Assembly: GCA_026710875.1 (NCBI GenBank)
Contig: JAPOQE010000113.1
Coordinates: forward strand, 3,144 to 67,143
DNA: 64,000 bases
Reading direction: 5' to 3'
Origin: Gammaproteobacteria bacterium
GTDB lineage: Bacteria > Pseudomonadota > Gammaproteobacteria > UBA4575
Shown in pieces: positions 60,380 through 64,000 of the stretch. Made by a program: the position numbers and the translations under genes. Position 1 is the stretch's first letter. Every line of letters begins with the position of its first letter. Below the pieces are notes generated by a model. It was given only the letters and a program-made list of their open reading frames with translations, did no database searches and was not told the origin of the DNA.

Positions 60380-61063
60380 TTAGACATTGATCTGCACATC
60401 ACGCAGGCTGTTGCCACTGATGTCTGTTTTAGTCGGAAGCACATCGTAGGCCCTGATGTTCTCTTTGCTGGTGCTAGGATGCGACTTGACCAGTCCCCAC
60501 CATTTCGCAACGGCCGGACGTGATTCCACAATATCACTGCTGTCAGCCAGCATGCACCCTTGTGCCATGGCCGCCCAGTGGACATCAGCAAAGCTGAATC
60601 CTCCGCAGATGAAATCTCCACGCAACGCCGGATTGGACTTCGATGCCAAGTGCGAGTTCAGGAGATCAAAGCAAGCCGAAGCTGCTGCTGCATCGCCCCC
60701 GCCAGCCATGATTCCCGAGACCGCAGGCATCGCATTATTGGTTGCCAGTTGGTTCCACTGATACATGATGGCACGTACAACACCATTACGTGGACTCAAG
60801 GATGGGCCAAAGCCTTTGTCGTTCAGATAGGACATGATGCCCTCCTGGCCGCAGACCACAAAATCCACGTCTTTCAGTGCCGGCAGCAAGCCGTGCGGTG
60901 CAAGCGCCTGAACTTCAGCTGAGCCCGCTCCGCCGTTGGGATCAACATAATGTGAGTCGAGATCCACACCTTTTTCGGCAGCGGTGAACAGGCACATCGC
61001 ACTGCGCAGGCAAGAGGGGTTCCCATAAAATTTCATTTTGTCCTGCAAATGATCACCTAACAT
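60380..61063 (-). CDS. GST-like protein, paralogue 3
   Basis: CLFTAAEKG N-domain Cys. FSFADVHWAAMAQG motif. Confidence 0.7.
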   Translation of the reverse strand: MLGDHLQDKMKFYGNPSCLRSAMCLFTAAEKGVDLDSHYVDPNGGAGSAEVQALAPHGLLPALKDVDFVVCGQEGIMSYLNDKGFGPSLSPRNGVVRAIMYQWNQLATNNAMPAVSGIMAGGGDAAAASACFDLLNSHLASKSNPALRGDFICGGFSFADVHWAAMAQGCMLADSSDIVESRPAVAKWWGLVKSHPSTSKENIRAYDVLPTKTDISGNSLRDVQINV

Positions 61064-61455
61064 TTTTTATACCTCTTTATGTTTGGAGTTATTGGTTTAT
61101 GTCTGGGGTTACCACTACTGGCCCCTGGTATCAAAATAGTCAGGATAGGATACGCTGCCATTGCAGCGTCACGCATCATCACGTTCAGTATCCTCCTGAT
61201 ATCCGTAAATGCTAGGGCATTTGCCCTTAGCTCCTCTCTTTCAATAATGCTCATTTCGAGCAGTCATGAAATCTGTCGTCAGTATCCAAGCGTGTGCACA
61301 GATATGACACCAGCCTTAATTCTTATCCTTTATCCTGTCAGGTTCTATGGTGTTTGCCACAGACACCTGGCAAGAGTTCAATACAATTTCCTTATTCTTA
61401 TTGTCTCCTGGGTTTTCGGTACATGCCCCGACTCCCCTTTCCGTCTTGTTCCCTT

Positions 61456-61486
61456 CTTTAGCGCACGTGCCCGGAAAACCCGGGCA
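61456..61486 (-). terminator. strong GC-rich hairpin downstream of the alkB-like gene
   Basis: Perfect 11-bp inverted repeat CACGTGCCCGG-aaaac-CCGGGCACGTG about 25 nt after the stop. No clean U-tract, so it may be a processing/stability element or a factor-binding site rather than an intrinsic terminator. Confidence 0.35.
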
Positions 61487-61511
61487 CGTGACAACTAAAA
61501 GTTACGTTTAC

Positions 61512-62666
61512 TTAAGCGTAACCGATTTGACGGTTCAGACGATCCGCAATTGCGCGTTCGCCTTCCGAAGCACGCTCTCTGTCCCACTTTGCCAATTCCT
61601 TCTTAAAGTACATATGGTGAAGTGGTGGAATGAGTGCTATGGCAAACAAGGTGAAGTAACCCCATCCGGTGTTGGGCGCACCTACGTCGTCCAGCTCCCA
61701 GAAGTGTGTTTCACCACGGTCATGGTGATCAGCCTGACGGCCAATCTCAATGAAGAACCAACTGGTGAACGCGGTTGAGTTATCCCACGAATGTCTGTAG
61801 TCGATCGGCTGGCCTTTCTCCCGAATCAAGCCATAGTGCTCCATATAGTTGAGCGCTTCCAACTCGAAGTTCGAGATCAGCCAAATCGTTGCCAAGCTGG
61901 CAAGACCGATCCAGCCCCCTGCAAACCAGAACAGGAACAGGGTTGGCAGGCTCATGGCATAGCCACGCAGCCAGCGGTTTTCCCAAGTGAACCAGGACTT
62001 GCCCAGTCGCTCGAGACGCTGCTTCTCCATTCTGTAGAGGAAGCGAGACTGTCCGATTCCAGCCAATGGGTAGTGTCGGTAAATGGTTCTTCCACGAGGA
62101 GACGTGGCAGGATCGTCTTCATGTGCCAGTTCCAGATGGTGGTTATAGACATGCGCATAGCTGAAGTGAGCCTTGCCACTCAACGCCATCATTGTGCGTG
62201 AAATGACGAAAGCAAATCCCTTCGTATGGCTTAACTCATGCCCATAAATGATACCAATGCCGGCAAAGATACCTGTTGAGAGCGTTGCACCAATCAGGTC
62301 AAGGCCGGTGATTCCATTCTGGAAGGGCAGGATTCCGAACATCATATGATCGAATCCGGCGCTTACTGGAACACCACTGACATATTGATAGACGCGCCAG
62401 GCCATGGCCAGCTGCAGGAGTACAAATATTCCCAGCATGCCATACATTATGCTGTTCTGTAGCCAGGGCACACCCATCGTTTCACCGTTGTTGTCGTATC
62501 CCGCACCTGCAGGACGAAACTTCAACAGTGTGTCAATCACGATACCTACGCCCAGCAGCAGTAATCCTATCCAGGAAAACATGCCGCCCATCAGCACACC
62601 GAACATCGTAACGATGATCAGGAACGGGGCGAACCAGTACCTTGCGTTAATCAAAATTTTCTTCAT
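61512..62666 (-). CDS. AlkB/XylM-family integral-membrane non-haem diiron hydroxylase (alkane 1-monooxygenase-like)
   Basis: All four His boxes of the AlkB family are present: HELSHTK, HVYNHH..EDDPATS, NYMEHYGL, RQADHHD. Multiple TM helices. 384 aa. Confidence 0.85.
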   Translation of the reverse strand: MKKILINARYWFAPFLIIVTMFGVLMGGMFSWIGLLLLGVGIVIDTLLKFRPAGAGYDNNGETMGVPWLQNSIMYGMLGIFVLLQLAMAWRVYQYVSGVPVSAGFDHMMFGILPFQNGITGLDLIGATLSTGIFAGIGIIYGHELSHTKGFAFVISRTMMALSGKAHFSYAHVYNHHLELAHEDDPATSPRGRTIYRHYPLAGIGQSRFLYRMEKQRLERLGKSWFTWENRWLRGYAMSLPTLFLFWFAGGWIGLASLATIWLISNFELEALNYMEHYGLIREKGQPIDYRHSWDNSTAFTSWFFIEIGRQADHHDRGETHFWELDDVGAPNTGWGYFTLFAIALIPPLHHMYFKKELAKWDRERASEGERAIADRLNRQIGYA

Positions 62667-62686
62667 GTATATGCACCTCCAGCATT

Positions 62687-62699
62687 AACTCAGTTAACA
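62687..62699. promoter_or_regulatory. palindrome TTAACTCAGTTAA just upstream of the alkB-like RBS
   Basis: Perfect 6-bp arms around a single base, about 20 nt 5' of the start codon. Candidate repressor site. Confidence 0.25.
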
Positions 62700-63158
62700 C
62701 AAATTTAATAATTTTTAGCATATCTTTGTCTTTTGCTCTCCCTTTTGGCCTATATACCGCATGTACATCTACCCTTCCAGGGAGCATTAGATACGCCCGA
62801 TTATACAAGTATGAATCGGTAACTGCAAATACCCTGACGATCGCAAAACGGGTATCGGTATATTCGTCATAAACGTAATTAATTCAATCACTTATGCGGT
62901 TCATGAGGGTCCCTGACGTGGTGGGTCAGTGTATCGGAAGTTTCCGCATATATCCAGGCTGCACCATCACCACATTCATGGGATTTTCCAGCTCTTGAAG
63001 GCCTCGGGTTGGAGGAAGGATTTCCGGCACATACAGCACGCAAAATGACCCTGTGATCTTCCCTCGCCGACGGGATGCAGGAATACCGGACCCTCGGGTC
63101 GAATGGCAGCACTGCCTGCTGCTGTCATCCAACGCGTGTATGAAATCCTTCCTGCGGA

Positions 63159-64000
63159 TCAGGCAGCAATGGGATTTTCACCGGTAAAACTCAGTCCGTC
63201 ACCAAGCAAATCGACTCGCACCTTTTGTCCAGGCTCGATCTCACCAGCGAGTAGCGCCTGGGCCAGGGGGTTCCCCACCATTTCCTGTACGGCCCGCTTC
63301 AGGGGCCGCGCTCCGTACACGGGATCGAACCCGACCTCGGCAAGCCTGTGCAGGGCAGCCTCGGAATAATTCAGGGTGATATCACGATCTGCAAGGCGGG
63401 CTTGCAAGTGGTCCAGCTGGATTTGTGCAATCTCACGAATGTGCTCTTTGCCGAGGGAATGGAACACGATGCAATCATCGATGCGGTTGATGAGCTCCGG
63501 CTTCAAACGGGCAGTCACCATGGCCATGACAGCAGCCTTCATTTCCTCGTAATTGTCTGCCGCCCCGTTTTCTGCACCGGCGAACCCCTGTATGACATCG
63601 CTGCCCAGGTTGGATGTCATGATGATGACCGTGTTCTTGAAATCCACGGTATTGCCGTGCCCGTCGGTCAGGCGCCCGTCATCGAGCACCTGCAGCAGGA
63701 CGTTGAACACCTCCGCATGCGCCTTTTCAATTTCATCCAGCAGCACCACGCTGTAGGGCTTGCGGCGCACGGCTTCCGTCAGGTAGCCGCCCTCTTCATA
63801 ACCCACGTACCCCGGTGGCGCACCGATGAGTCGAGCCACGGAATGCTTCTCCATGAACTCGGACATATCCACCCGGATCAGTGCATCCTCATTATCGAAC
63901 AGGAACTCGGTCAGTGCCTTGGTCGGTTCGGGCTTGCCCTCCCCGGTCGGGCCGAGGAACAGGAAAGAGCCATTGGGACGCCTCGGGTCGGCAATTCCGG
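63159..64000 (-). CDS. clpB: chaperone ClpB, C-terminal part; gene continues beyond the window
   Basis: AAA+ D2 and C-terminal domain motifs ([34 protein letters not shown]). Confidence 0.95.
   Translation of the reverse strand, partial: GIADPRRPNGSFLFLGPTGEGKPEPTKALTEFLFDNEDALIRVDMSEFMEKHSVARLIGAPPGYVGYEEGGYLTEAVRRKPYSVVLLDEIEKAHAEVFNVLLQVLDDGRLTDGHGNTVDFKNTVIIMTSNLGSDVIQGFAGAENGAADNYEEMKAAVMAMVTARLKPELINRIDDCIVFHSLGKEHIREIAQIQLDHLQARLADRDITLNYSEAALHRLAEVGFDPVYGARPLKRAVQEMVGNPLAQALLAGEIEPGQKVRVDLLGDGLSFTGENPIAA

Noticed and set aside
61791-62201. 136-aa plus-strand ORF inside the alkB-like gene
   Set aside because: Antisense to a gene with all four AlkB His boxes.

Overview
This 64-kb window looks like a gammaproteobacterial chromosome segment. 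The backbone is moderately GC-rich and highly syntenic: hflK(partial)-hflX-hfq-miaA-mutL, amiB-tsaE-nnr, queG, pgi, panCB-dNK-folK-pcnB, katG, htpG, ogt, rplS-trmD-rimM-rpsP, ffh/ypjD/corB, radA, fdhD, zur-znuCB, xseB-ispA-dxs, bamC-dapA, proS and clpB(partial). Three visibly AT-richer insertions interrupt this backbone: (i) an EcoRV-type restriction-modification pair with an adjacent orphan radical-SAM gene and a truncated NYN-domain gene, lying between ogt and rplS; (ii) a wHTH-nucleotidyltransferase plus HEPN-like toxin-antitoxin pair between dxs and bamC; (iii) a lone DUF4143 AAA ATPase after proS. The most interesting part is a roughly 10-kb run of genes all on the minus strand (52.4-62.7 kb). 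It comprises an AlkB-family membrane hydroxylase, three paralogous Cys-containing GST-like genes interleaved with small SD-preceded membrane peptides, a hairpin-dense 0.7-kb untranslated region, and a FadL/TodX-like outer-membrane protein carrying a Cys-rich insert. It then continues into a Tat-signal 14-cysteine repeat peptide followed by DUF692 (MbnB-like) and DUF2063 (MbnC-like) genes. This last gene set is a bufferin/methanobactin-like RiPP metallophore cassette with an unusual precursor and genomic context. No rRNA, tRNA or CRISPR arrays were found. Coordinates of non-ORF features are hand-counted and approximate (+/-2 nt).
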